Virus record (IMG/VR): IMGVR_UViG_3300044695_006401
Reading direction: 5' to 3' (one strand)
DNA: 64,000 nucleotides
DNA from: a virus
Lineage: Duplodnaviria > Caudoviricetes
Both the position numbers and the translations under genes were made by a program. Under the pieces are notes generated by a model. The model ran no database searches. It was not told where the DNA came from and saw only the letters and a list, made by a program, of their open reading frames with translations. Position 1 is the stretch's first letter; every line of letters starts with the position of its first letter. Positions 28,972 to 37,923 of this stretch are shown piece after piece.

Positions 28972-29002
28972 TTTATTTTTTTTTAATTTAGAGTTTATTT
29001 AT

Positions 29003-30532
29003 TTATTTAATTTTTGACATCAAATCTCTCATTCTCATGAATTGAGGATTCTCATAAGTTTTACTTTCAATTAAGTTTGTTGATGATCCGTTAGCTGGTG
29101 TTCTATTAACTTTTGTCTGAACTGACTCAGTTACCATCTCACCACCTTTACCATCTAATTCATTTTTAATTGACTTGTAAAGTGTTTTAGATTCCTTGAT
29201 AGATTCTACATTATCAAATCTTCTTAGAATATTTATTTTTTCTTGTTTTGTAGTGGAATGTTCAGTGAACAATCTTGTAGCATATGCCAAGTTTGAATTG
29301 AATACTGCAACTTCATTTAACTTAGATCTAAAGAAATTCAAAGCTTTTTTGTATTCTTCGTTTTTCTCTTTAATTAAATCAAGTTCTCTTTCTACAGATT
29401 CTTTTCTTAACTGACTTGGTGCTGCCACTCTGTCTCTTTCAGCTCTTCTTCTATATGTCATAGTTCTTGACGCTTCAGTTGTTTCAGGTTCCATCATACC
29501 TCCAGTAGCTTCAATATCTACCAAATCAACATCTTCTTCCATATCCCAACCTTCGAATGCCTCTTCAGTTTCGGTTTCAGTAACTCCATGTTTAATTTTA
29601 GGATATTTAAATTTACTTGCTTTACCCATTCCAACACCTTTTGTGCCTTGTGGTTGGTCTTCTTTGAACCCTTTGTTATTAACTGAAGTTTTAGCCATTC
29701 CTGTTCCTACTTTACCCATTCCCATTCCTACTGCTTTAAATGCTTCTACTACTGAGTGAAGATCTTCTTCATCGATTTCATAAATGGATTCTTCTTCAAC
29801 ATTTGAAAAATCATCTTGTCCGAATTGTACATTATCCAAGTCAACCATATAGTCTCCTTCTTCCATGTACATTTCTTCCATGTGATAATCACCTTCTTCA
29901 AATTCTTGTTCTTCCATGTGATAATCACCTTCTTCAAATTCTTGTTCTTCCATGTGATAATCACCTTCTTCCATTTCAATTTCGTAGATAACACTTTCTT
30001 CTAAATCCAACATTGGTTCTTCTGTATTATCGTCCATGTCTCCAGTTTGAATCAAATACTCATCTTCATCATCGATCAAGTGAATATAATCATCATCCTT
30101 CTTAACTATAATTCCATCTTCATCACCCATAGCTTTGAAAACTTTCAAAACTTCGTCAGGTGATGCCGAAGTCATGTCAAGTGGAGGCATTTCCATTTCA
30201 TTATCACCTTCTTCTTCACCATCTTCGGAATCCATACCAAAGACATATTCTGATTCAGGTTCTCCCCCCTCGTCTTCAACATCAATTACAGCCTCTTCTT
30301 CTTCGTCATCTGCAGTCGCAACTACAGGTTCTTCCATTTCAGGCTCTTCTTGTTCGTTTAGGGGTTTTTTTGTTTGTTTTGAATCTACTAAAGACTCTCT
30401 AACTAATTCGCTGATTTCTTGTTTCATTGTAGAAGCAAGTATTCCTTTTGCATTTTCACTGATAGCATTTTCAACAGCCTTAATTTGTAATAAGGTTTGT
30501 TCAACTATCGATCCTGTTTTTTCTGTACTCAT
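29003..30532 (-). CDS. prohead core scaffold protein (gp22-like), acidic
   Basis: Directly upstream of the capsid gene; very acidic; C-terminal coiled coil LNEVAVFNSNLAYATRLF. ATG 30532 preferred over TTG 30544. Confidence 0.75.
   Translation of the reverse strand: MSTEKTGSIVEQTLLQIKAVENAISENAKGILASTMKQEISELVRESLVDSKQTKKPLNEQEEPEMEEPVVATADDEEEEAVIDVEDEGGEPESEYVFGMDSEDGEEEGDNEMEMPPLDMTSASPDEVLKVFKAMGDEDGIIVKKDDDYIHLIDDEDEYLIQTGDMDDNTEEPMLDLEESVIYEIEMEEGDYHMEEQEFEEGDYHMEEQEFEEGDYHMEEMYMEEGDYMVDLDNVQFGQDDFSNVEEESIYEIDEEDLHSVVEAFKAVGMGMGKVGTGMAKTSVNNKGFKEDQPQGTKGVGMGKASKFKYPKIKHGVTETETEEAFEGWDMEEDVDLVDIEATGGMMEPETTEASRTMTYRRRAERDRVAAPSQLRKESVERELDLIKEKNEEYKKALNFFRSKLNEVAVFNSNLAYATRLFTEHSTTKQEKINILRRFDNVESIKESKTLYKSIKNELDGKGGEMVTESVQTKVNRTPANGSSTNLIESKTYENPQFMRMRDLMSKIK
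29873..29971. repeat. 36-bp coding tandem repeat (~2.75 copies; EEGDYHMEEQEF)
   Basis: TTCTTCCATGTGATAATCACCTTCTTCAAATTCTTG at 29873 and 29909, partial copy at 29945. Confidence 0.92.
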
Positions 30533-30567
30533 TATTTTAAGCAATGCGTTACGCGTTTATTTTACAG

Positions 30568-30574
30568 ATAAATA
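30568..30574 (-). promoter_or_regulatory. putative late promoter motif upstream of scaffold/capsid genes
   Basis: Sense strand GATATATTTATC. Confidence 0.5.
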
Positions 30575-30635
30575 TATCCTTATTATAAAAAAATCATTAT
30601 ATTAAGGTTTTCAGATAAAAAAAAATAGATATAAA

Positions 30636-30663
30636 TAAAAAGGGACACCTGTTGGCGTCCCTT
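30636..30663 (-). terminator. Rho-independent terminator
   Basis: On the - strand AAGGGACGCC-AACA-GGTGTCCCTT followed by TTATTT. Confidence 0.75.
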
Positions 30664-30688
30664 AAATTTTTGTAGTAATAATTAATAA

Positions 30689-30898
30689 TTATTCAATAAC
30701 TTCATCAATTTTTGATTCAACTATTGCCGTAATTCTCCAATCCATTGTATATGATTCATATACTTTAGTAACTTTTGCCTCAACATCAGTTGGTGAATAT
30801 CCTTTTACTAATTTTTCTTCTCTAATTTTTTTAATCTTTCCTGTGTTCTCATCAGGCATGTCTGTTGTAATTTTTGCAATAAAATATTTTTCTTCCAT
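30689..30898 (-). CDS. small protein resembling the Bacteroidota DUF4494 family
   Basis: KYFIAKI...ENTGKIKKIREEKLVKGYSPTDVEAKV...WRITAIVESKIDEVI resembles DUF4494 from memory. Confidence 0.5.
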   Translation of the reverse strand: MEEKYFIAKITTDMPDENTGKIKKIREEKLVKGYSPTDVEAKVTKVYESYTMDWRITAIVESKIDEVIE

Positions 30899-30909
30899 AA
30901 TGTGTTTTT

Positions 30910-31617
30910 TTATTTTAAATAATCGGTCAATCTTTTCATTAAGTCAACAGATTTCTCTAAACCACTACCTGAAAAATTACTTTTATCATGTTCGGCAAGT
31001 TTTTCTTCATACTTTGGTCGGTCTTCCTTGTTTAAGTAAAGGTAAGCTCCTGGCGTTGACGGTGAAGAAACAAGATCAAAACAAATTAATTCAAAATCAT
31101 CCTGTACTTCATTTTGCTCACCTTTTTTTACCAAAGAACCAACACCACGAGAAGATACACCCATAGTAACACCCTGTCTCATCATGTTTGCTGCAACATC
31201 TCCTTTGGATGACACTATACCTCTTTCGTGAAAACCTGGAGTGGTTAATAATTTAATCTTACCCATTAAAACATTGTTTTCCCACCATATGTCAGTAATA
31301 AGATGTGATACTCTATCTAAGTCAATTAATGAAGACTCAGGATGGTTTAATTCAGAAATCGACATCCCTTTATTAATAAGTTCTTTATACTTATCAGCCT
31401 CTCTTCTTAATATGTTTTCAGGATAAACCCTACCGTTTCTGTTAGGTACTCCGTGTTTTTGTAATGTCGCATAGAACACAAAAGGTTTTGAGTGTTCTAA
31501 CTGTCCGTAAGATTCTTTTATTATATCGGTATTTCTCTCATCATTTGGATTGATGAATCCAGCATCCCATTCTACAAGTATTCCTTTACCACTATCATTC
31601 GGTCCTAAAATTTTCAT
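30910..31617 (-). CDS. gp21: prohead core protease (T4 gp21-like, S77)
   Basis: NRNGRVYP, ELNHP (catalytic His), GVSSRGVGS (catalytic Ser), FDLVSSPSTPGAY. Confidence 0.93.
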   Translation of the reverse strand: MKILGPNDSGKGILVEWDAGFINPNDERNTDIIKESYGQLEHSKPFVFYATLQKHGVPNRNGRVYPENILRREADKYKELINKGMSISELNHPESSLIDLDRVSHLITDIWWENNVLMGKIKLLTTPGFHERGIVSSKGDVAANMMRQGVTMGVSSRGVGSLVKKGEQNEVQDDFELICFDLVSSPSTPGAYLYLNKEDRPKYEEKLAEHDKSNFSGSGLEKSVDLMKRLTDYLK

Positions 31618-31640
31618 AATCTATTTTTAATAAATAAATA

Positions 31641-32090
31641 TTAGGAAATAACCATTTCTGGATTTTTTGTTTTATTAAGTGTAAAAAACTTACAATTTTT
31701 TAAATCGTCAGTGTATATTGCAGTTAATAGTGTTTTGATTTTATTTCTTAAAATAAGTGATTTGAATTCTACAAATTTATTATGAATGAAAAGTGTAATC
31801 TCTAAATTTAAAAAACTCTTTTTACCTTTTTGTATCCCACTTGTTCTCAAGTCTAAGTCGACTATTTGTTTCTTTTCGAAGAATGTGAAGTCTAATACTT
31901 CTAATAATGTGTGTTGTATTTGTCTTTTAATATGACCTGTTATTTTTTCCCAATTATCATAATCATCTGATGGTTGGATCCATGTCTGTAGTACTATGTA
32001 TATGGATTTCATTTCTTTTGAATCTACCGTACCATAGTAACATTTAGCATCATCAAAAACATTTAATTTCGATGTTTTTCCTTTTTTCAT
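31641..32090 (-). CDS. hypothetical protein
   Basis: 149-aa ORF in the head module with its own upstream promoter-like sequence. Confidence 0.8.
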   Translation of the reverse strand: MKKGKTSKLNVFDDAKCYYGTVDSKEMKSIYIVLQTWIQPSDDYDNWEKITGHIKRQIQHTLLEVLDFTFFEKKQIVDLDLRTSGIQKGKKSFLNLEITLFIHNKFVEFKSLILRNKIKTLLTAIYTDDLKNCKFFTLNKTKNPEMVIS

Positions 32091-32121
32091 TCTTCATAAC
32101 TTAAAGTTTATTTGTTTTATA

Positions 32122-32153
32122 CAATTATAATAAAAATAAACATCGTTGTCAAA
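32122..32153 (-). promoter_or_regulatory. sigma70-type promoter (TTGACA-N17-TATAAT; also TTTG-N20-TATAATTG)
   Basis: TGTCAA at 32147-32152 and ATTATA at 32124-32129 on +, 17-nt spacer. Confidence 0.55.
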
Positions 32154-32170
32154 AATCGAAAAATCTTGTA

Positions 32171-32177
32171 TATTTAT
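32171..32177 (+). promoter_or_regulatory. putative late promoter motif upstream of bS21
   Basis: GTATATTTATATC, 20 nt before ATG 32198. Confidence 0.55.
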
Positions 32178-32181
32178 ATCA

Positions 32182-32189
32182 AAAGGAGG
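32182..32189 (+). promoter_or_regulatory. Shine-Dalgarno sequence of the bS21 gene
   Basis: AAAGGAGG, 8 nt upstream of ATG 32198. Confidence 0.85.
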
Positions 32190-32197
32190 AAAAAAAT

Positions 32198-32380
32198 ATG
32201 ATTATAGTACCAGTAAAAAACCCTAACTCTATTGAGCAAGCACTTAAACAATATAAATTTAAAGTGTATAAAACAAAACAAATCGAAAGGTTGAGGGAAT
32301 TACAGGAGTTTACGAAACCTTCAGTTTCAAAAAGAGACCAGAAGAAAAAGGCAGCTTATTTACAAAAAAAGAATAACTAG
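32198..32380 (+). CDS. rpsU: phage-encoded ribosomal protein bS21 (Bacteroidota type)
   Basis: MIIVPVK...IEQALKQYKFK...LRELQEFTKPSVSKR...KAAYLQ; 60 aa, basic; lies in the head module. Confidence 0.92.
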   Translation: MIIVPVKNPNSIEQALKQYKFKVYKTKQIERLRELQEFTKPSVSKRDQKKKAAYLQKKNN

Positions 32381-32617
32381 TTATTTGTTGTCACCTTTTT
32401 TGTGTGTAAAGAAATCGACTGAAGTCAAACCTAAACACCCAAAGGCCAACAGACCTACAGCATCCACCAAAGTTGATGATGGTTCGTATTTTCCACAACT
32501 AAACATAGATATAAATAATCCTACAATTAGGGATAATCCACAAAGAAGACCAATAAACCTTTTAGAGGAAATCCCCCCATTTGCCCCTTCCATCATTGAT
32601 TTAAAAAACCTAATCAT
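32381..32617 (-). CDS. small two-TM membrane protein (holin-like candidate)
   Basis: SSKRF followed by two hydrophobic segments and a basic C-terminus. Confidence 0.55.
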   Translation of the reverse strand: MIRFFKSMMEGANGGISSKRFIGLLCGLSLIVGLFISMFSCGKYEPSSTLVDAVGLLAFGCLGLTSVDFFTHKKGDNK

Positions 32618-33345
32618 AATCCTTGACTTAAACCCCTCAACTTATAAAGATTGAATCTATCATAAGGTGATTCATTAATTTTTTTGATTGTATTTTCTAT
32701 TGTTGATTTTAAATCAGATTCTGTCGATTCGTTCAAAGTAGATTTCAAATTAGAAATAACATTTTCTTTAAGTTGGTCCATTTCGGTTTTGATTTCTTCA
32801 TCCGACATAGATGACAACTCCTCTATAACTTTTCTTTCTGATTCTGAAATATTTTTTAATTCTAATTTAATATTTTCTTCAGCAACCTTAACCATTGTTG
32901 AAATTGGTAAGTTAACGCTTTCTATTATATCTTCTTTCTTTTCTTCTAAAATAATATTAGACTTAATTTTTCTTTTAGATTCTAAAACCGTGGATAGGTC
33001 TTTGATTGATTTCTTATATATCGTATTATCAATATCCTTGTATTCATTAGTATGTTCCAATACAATAGAATCAATCCAATTACTTACCTTTGTAATATGT
33101 TTTGAATTACCTTCAACTAAAATTTGAGAATACTCAACAGTTTCATTTATGTAATCTTCGGCGATAGATTCATTAATACCCTTGTTAGAAGATAAATCAT
33201 CGTAGATATAATATAACTCAGCAATGTCTTTGTTTTCTAAAACCATTGATTTAAATTGTTTCAAAAAAGATTTAAATTCAGGTTTTCCGTATAAACCGAT
33301 AGATGCTTTTTCTATTTTTGTTTTTATAGTGCCAAAAGTGTTCAT
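32614..33345 (-). CDS. hypothetical helical protein in the head module
   Basis: 243 aa; late motif at 33358-33364. Confidence 0.8.
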   Translation of the reverse strand: MNTFGTIKTKIEKASIGLYGKPEFKSFLKQFKSMVLENKDIAELYYIYDDLSSNKGINESIAEDYINETVEYSQILVEGNSKHITKVSNWIDSIVLEHTNEYKDIDNTIYKKSIKDLSTVLESKRKIKSNIILEEKKEDIIESVNLPISTMVKVAEENIKLELKNISESERKVIEELSSMSDEEIKTEMDQLKENVISNLKSTLNESTESDLKSTIENTIKKINESPYDRFNLYKLRGLSQGL

Positions 33346-33364
33346 AGTTTTTATTTAATAAATA

Positions 33365-35185
33365 TTACTTATTCAATAAAGATTTAACTCTTTCATCTAT
33401 TTCAATCAACGAGTTTCTTCCTTTAGATAATTCTATAACATCTGCAGAATTAAATAATGACAAATCTTCCAATATTAAATCTAATCCATCTTTATTAAAA
33501 CTTTCAGGTGTTACCCCTCCAGGTTCAGGTGATGGTGAGCCTTCAGGTGGTGGTGGGGCTCCTCCGCCTAAATCTCCACCTCCCATATCCATATCACCTC
33601 CTTCAGGTGCCGCACCTCCTTCAGGTGTTGCTTCACCATCTTTTTTACCGTAAAGTTGGTCTATAGTATCAAAAAGTCCGGTTTTAGGTATACTCTCAGC
33701 AGTTTTTACAAGTTCTGCAGCCACTGCCCTTTCTACCCTTTGTTGTTGTATATCTAATCTTATTTCTTCATCTGAGAACCCTAAGATATGTTTTTTAGCC
33801 CAAGACGCTGAAACAGGGGCTACTGTGTCTGCGATAGGTGTAACTGCATCTTTATACAGAAGTATTTTTTCCTTCCATAGTTCGATTGAAAGTAATTCAG
33901 ATTGTTTAGATGGATTGTGTAAACCTAATGTGAAGTTTGTTAATTCGTCTTCAAAACCTAATAAAAAAAGATGAATAATTGCAATTTTATTTAATTCTGC
34001 AATCATAGACTTTTGAATTCTATTGATAGTTCTCGCAAAACGAATATCTAATAATGATAAATTTTTACCATCACCTACCGCCTCTTCGAATCCTAAATAA
34101 GCCTTAGGTATTCTAAGAGCTGTAACTAATTTCTTTTGAATATACTCAATGTCTGCGATTTCAGCTAAGTTCGTACCACCTGGTAATGTTTCAATAGGGT
34201 TGGTTGCTGCCGGATCACGAACAGGAATGAAATAATCTTGGTCTACCGCCATTTGATTATACCTCATATCGACATTACCTGTTGAGTGATCAACAATTTG
34301 ATCTCTTTTAAATTTATTAGCAACTCTTTGTACATATGGGTCAACATCTTTGTCGTCCATGTTACCGACAAATACTTTAAATACTCTTCTTTCAGGTGCT
34401 CTAGATACACGATAGATTAACATCGCATCTTCAGAAAGTAATAATTGTTTCCAAATTCTACGAGCCTTTTCGAGCATCGATGTACCATACGGTAGTTTTC
34501 TATCGTCACCTAAAATTCTAAAGTGTGCTACTTCCCAAGTATTGAACTCCATGTTTTTTTCCTTCCAAGTAAACTTCAAAGCGTCGTTTTCCATTTCTTG
34601 TGAGTACTTATCAGGTTGAAACCTCATCCCTTTTTCTAATCTTTCGATTTGAATGTTTGGTAGTTGTTGACATCCAACAATACCATTTTCAGGATCTAAC
34701 TTAAGATATACAAAGTTGTCACCAAACTTACATGTGTTTCTTGTCCACATTGGTAAGTTGGTGTTAATATCCAATTTATTAACAAAAAGATCGATTAATA
34801 CTGATTTTATTCTTTTTGATTCAGAATAAACTTTTAATATAAGTCCATCTTGATCTGGTGTTGTGGATTCTTCAGAATAAATGTCTAATGCCGCAGAAAT
34901 TTCAGGTGTATATTCCATAGATTCATAATCATAGTATGACGCCATTCTTGTTGGTTCATAATATACCGCTTGTTGGTATAAATTATTTTCTACTTTTTGC
35001 CATTGTTGGCCGATATACATTGTCTGCTGAGATTGTAATTTTTCTTTTTCAAACTCAGATTTATCTGTTGTCTTTAATAGCTCCTTTTTATCAAATTTGA
35101 ATACGGGAGATTGTTGGTCAAGGGTTGCATTAGGACCAAAAGTCCTACTCAATCTTTGCCACACCGTTAATTTTTGTTCTGACAT
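33365..35185 (-). CDS. gp20: portal protein (T4 gp20-like)
   Basis: YTPEISAALDIY, PYGTSMLEKARRIWKQL, EDAMLIYRVSRAPERRVF, IETLPGG, KLVTALRIP. Confidence 0.95.
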   Translation of the reverse strand: MSEQKLTVWQRLSRTFGPNATLDQQSPVFKFDKKELLKTTDKSEFEKEKLQSQQTMYIGQQWQKVENNLYQQAVYYEPTRMASYYDYESMEYTPEISAALDIYSEESTTPDQDGLILKVYSESKRIKSVLIDLFVNKLDINTNLPMWTRNTCKFGDNFVYLKLDPENGIVGCQQLPNIQIERLEKGMRFQPDKYSQEMENDALKFTWKEKNMEFNTWEVAHFRILGDDRKLPYGTSMLEKARRIWKQLLLSEDAMLIYRVSRAPERRVFKVFVGNMDDKDVDPYVQRVANKFKRDQIVDHSTGNVDMRYNQMAVDQDYFIPVRDPAATNPIETLPGGTNLAEIADIEYIQKKLVTALRIPKAYLGFEEAVGDGKNLSLLDIRFARTINRIQKSMIAELNKIAIIHLFLLGFEDELTNFTLGLHNPSKQSELLSIELWKEKILLYKDAVTPIADTVAPVSASWAKKHILGFSDEEIRLDIQQQRVERAVAAELVKTAESIPKTGLFDTIDQLYGKKDGEATPEGGAAPEGGDMDMGGGDLGGGAPPPPEGSPSPEPGGVTPESFNKDGLDLILEDLSLFNSADVIELSKGRNSLIEIDERVKSLLNK

Positions 35186-35222
35186 AATTTTTTTCTTAAA
35201 AAATAATATGGTTAGTTATAAA

Positions 35223-36998
35223 CTAAACCCTTTTACCACTGAATAACCATAAATACTTTTCATAATCACTTTTAGTGACCGTGTTTCTCTGATATCCTGT
35301 TTGATCTCTCTGTGATACTGGTAAACTTGGATTAAAACTTGTATACTCTTTATGATAAGTATTACTTTCTACTGACCAAGAATCTAACATTGCCTTTGTT
35401 TGTTCTGTTACTTTTTCTAATTGGGCAAAAGATGTTTCAGCAACATAAATTGCTATTGCAAATGACATTATCAAGTCATCATGTTGTCCTTTTTGGTGAT
35501 CAGGTCTACCGTTTACATAAACGAATGTATTCAATTCATTAAATAACCTTTGTGATCTGACAACAAAATCATACCTTAAAGCTTCCTCAAATGATTGAAT
35601 AATTAGAACTCGTTTTGCGTTAAAATTAATACCAGGAATTTTATCATTAGCCTTTGGGTCCCACTTCCATTTATCTGCAGGGTTTACCCCATCAACATAT
35701 AAATTTTTATATCCAAGTTCTTGTAATTTTCTTGATGTTGACACTCCCATCCCTCCTGTTATATCAGTCACGATAAGGGAACCATACATAGTTCCCCACT
35801 TGAAAGCAATTTCTGCTAAAACATCGGGTGGGATTTTTCCAATATATTCTAAAACTTGTTCTCTTGAGTCAAAATCAATGATTGATATAGTACTAAAATC
35901 TTCACTATCTCCTCTTGATACATCGACACCCATAATATATTTATGACCAACAATAGGTTCTTTCCATTGCCAAAGTGCACCTCCCATAAATTTATTAACA
36001 GGTTCTTGGATGTGGTTTTCTTTTATTTTTTTCATCGTTTCAGGTGGGATAACATTGTCACCCGAACCTAAAAAATTACATTCTAATTCTTGAGAAATTT
36101 TTCTTTTGTCAAACTTTAACTTTTTGGCCATAGCCTCAAACCAAGAACTATACGGTTTGTAACCTTTATTAATTTTTTCCTTTATTTCTTCAAAGTCTCT
36201 ATTAATTACTTTGACTTCAGTATAGTCTAGTATGATTTCAGAATCATTATAATCCGCCCTATTCAACATATAGTGAACAATATCATCACACTTAATTAAT
36301 TTCAGATCCTTAGAATATCTAGGATCTCGAAACCAATACATTTCTGTTATTTTAAAGTCATTCATTCCTTTTATCGCCTGACTGTAAATTGAATAATATA
36401 TTGGATCAAATCCATTTGGTGTTGATATTACTATAACTTTACCTCCTGTAGATAGGGATGCCATACACGCTGACCAGAAATCTTCGTCCGCATTAATATA
36501 TGCTGCCTCATCAAAGATTAAGATCGTAGGTGTATACCCACGCAAAGCATCCTTAGATGTTGCAACTGCCTTTACTTCACATCCGTTAGTTAATTTAAAA
36601 TGTCTTTGTGAATTTTTTTCGTTAGAGAATGTTACACCTAACCAATTTGGCCACTGTTCAACAAAAGCTCTCACTTTATTTGCCATCTCTACAGCGGTGT
36701 CCATTTTATTTGCAATAATCAATATTTTTTCTGGTTTTGATTTTTTAGCAAATACTAACCTTTTAGATGCCCATGCGGATGTAACGGTTGAAACACCGGC
36801 TTGTCGGTATTTAAGTGCGATATTTTCTTCACACTCGTCATAATCTTTAACAAGTGTAACCTGATCATTAAAAAGTTCTAATGGAACATATTTGGACTGT
36901 GTGTTGTCGTAAGTTTGTAAATATGTTTTTAAGGCGTAAGGTGTATCATTTACACACTTAGCATACTCTAATAATATTTGTTCTTTCGATAACGACAT
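35223..36998 (-). CDS. gp17: terminase large subunit (T4 gp17-like)
   Basis: KYRQAGVST Walker A, LIFDEAA Walker B, VISTPNG, QELEC, GVDVSRG, HDDLIMSFAI. Confidence 0.95.
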   Translation of the reverse strand: MSLSKEQILLEYAKCVNDTPYALKTYLQTYDNTQSKYVPLELFNDQVTLVKDYDECEENIALKYRQAGVSTVTSAWASKRLVFAKKSKPEKILIIANKMDTAVEMANKVRAFVEQWPNWLGVTFSNEKNSQRHFKLTNGCEVKAVATSKDALRGYTPTILIFDEAAYINADEDFWSACMASLSTGGKVIVISTPNGFDPIYYSIYSQAIKGMNDFKITEMYWFRDPRYSKDLKLIKCDDIVHYMLNRADYNDSEIILDYTEVKVINRDFEEIKEKINKGYKPYSSWFEAMAKKLKFDKRKISQELECNFLGSGDNVIPPETMKKIKENHIQEPVNKFMGGALWQWKEPIVGHKYIMGVDVSRGDSEDFSTISIIDFDSREQVLEYIGKIPPDVLAEIAFKWGTMYGSLIVTDITGGMGVSTSRKLQELGYKNLYVDGVNPADKWKWDPKANDKIPGINFNAKRVLIIQSFEEALRYDFVVRSQRLFNELNTFVYVNGRPDHQKGQHDDLIMSFAIAIYVAETSFAQLEKVTEQTKAMLDSWSVESNTYHKEYTSFNPSLPVSQRDQTGYQRNTVTKSDYEKYLWLFSGKRV

Positions 36999-37004
36999 TC
37001 ATTT

Positions 37005-37523
37005 TTAATTTCTTCTACGAATTACATCGAGAAGTTCACCTTTTGTGGTATGTGGAGGTAAATGATTTTGTAATATTCTAAGAATACCCTCTTCAAGATT
37101 TTTAACTTCTTCGTCCGTTTCTTTTTTCTTGGGTAACCCTTTTCTTTTAGTCGATGCAAAGTCTTCTAATTCTTTGTAAGTCATGTCTTTAGCCATTTTC
37201 TTTACTTCTTTAGAAACTTTAGATTTTGCAGTATCTCCTTTTTTCACTGAAAGTGCCAATCCCATTATTTTTTGTTGTTGTTGGGAAACTGACTTCTCCT
37301 TTACTTCAGTCTCCTCTTCTTTAACCTCAACATCAACACCTGAGTCTGTCATTTTTTTAAGATCGACAGTCCCCAACTTATCTGAAGAAACTGTTACCTT
37401 ACCTTTTTGCTCATTTATTCTTTTAAAAAGAACATTTAACTGGTTTTCGTTTAGTTTTTCTAATGTATTCATAGAAAAACCTTCATGTAAAAGTTTAACT
37501 AATTTAGGATTCATGTGTTTCAT
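37005..37523 (-). CDS. hypothetical protein with a DUF3008-like module
   Basis: SVSQQQQKIMGLALSVKKG...MAKDMTYKELEDFASTKRKGLPKK. Confidence 0.6.
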   Translation of the reverse strand: MKHMNPKLVKLLHEGFSMNTLEKLNENQLNVLFKRINEQKGKVTVSSDKLGTVDLKKMTDSGVDVEVKEEETEVKEKSVSQQQQKIMGLALSVKKGDTAKSKVSKEVKKMAKDMTYKELEDFASTKRKGLPKKKETDEEVKNLEEGILRILQNHLPPHTTKGELLDVIRRRN

Positions 37524-37923
37524 CTTTGACTAAATTTTTTTCCCATTTTAATACGACATCTCTTTCGTAAAGTTTGTTTTCTACAGATTCGTCTGTTTCA
37601 CCAAAGTGAAAAACTAATCTTTTATACTTGTTGAATGTAACTGAGTCAGAATCAGATTTTTCCCAAGCTAACCCAATAACACCATCTACTGCATCATATA
37701 CTCCAAAATAATCAGACTGTTGTATCAGTTCTAATTCTATTTCTGAGTTTCTTAAAACCCCAACCTTTTTTATAAATTCTATTTGAGGGGGGAGTGGTTT
37801 TCCACCTGATGGTGTTGCATCCCAATCTTCACCCCACACATCATTAATATCCGAAAATATAAATTCGTAAATGTTATCACCTTTGTAATTAGGTCCTAGC
37901 TCATTTACATAAATCAAATTCAT
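37504..37923 (-). CDS. hypothetical protein
   Basis: 139-aa ORF coupled to both neighbours by overlaps. Confidence 0.8.
   Translation of the reverse strand: MNLIYVNELGPNYKGDNIYEFIFSDINDVWGEDWDATPSGGKPLPPQIEFIKKVGVLRNSEIELELIQQSDYFGVYDAVDGVIGLAWEKSDSDSVTFNKYKRLVFHFGETDESVENKLYERDVVLKWEKNLVKDETHES

Noticed and set aside
29873-29971. 36-bp direct repeats resembling a CRISPR repeat length (also 38581-38735)
   Set aside because: The copies are head-to-tail without unique spacers, in frame inside proteins, and there are no cas genes.
30543-30557. GC-rich near-palindrome AATGCGTTACGCGTT in the scaffold leader
   Set aside because: Single occurrence, loop too short for a stable hairpin, and no second copy to suggest an operator.
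35223-36998. Intein or intron in terminase, portal or capsid genes; stop-codon reassignment
   Set aside because: ORFs are uninterrupted under code 11, have expected sizes and show no splicing or homing-endonuclease motifs.
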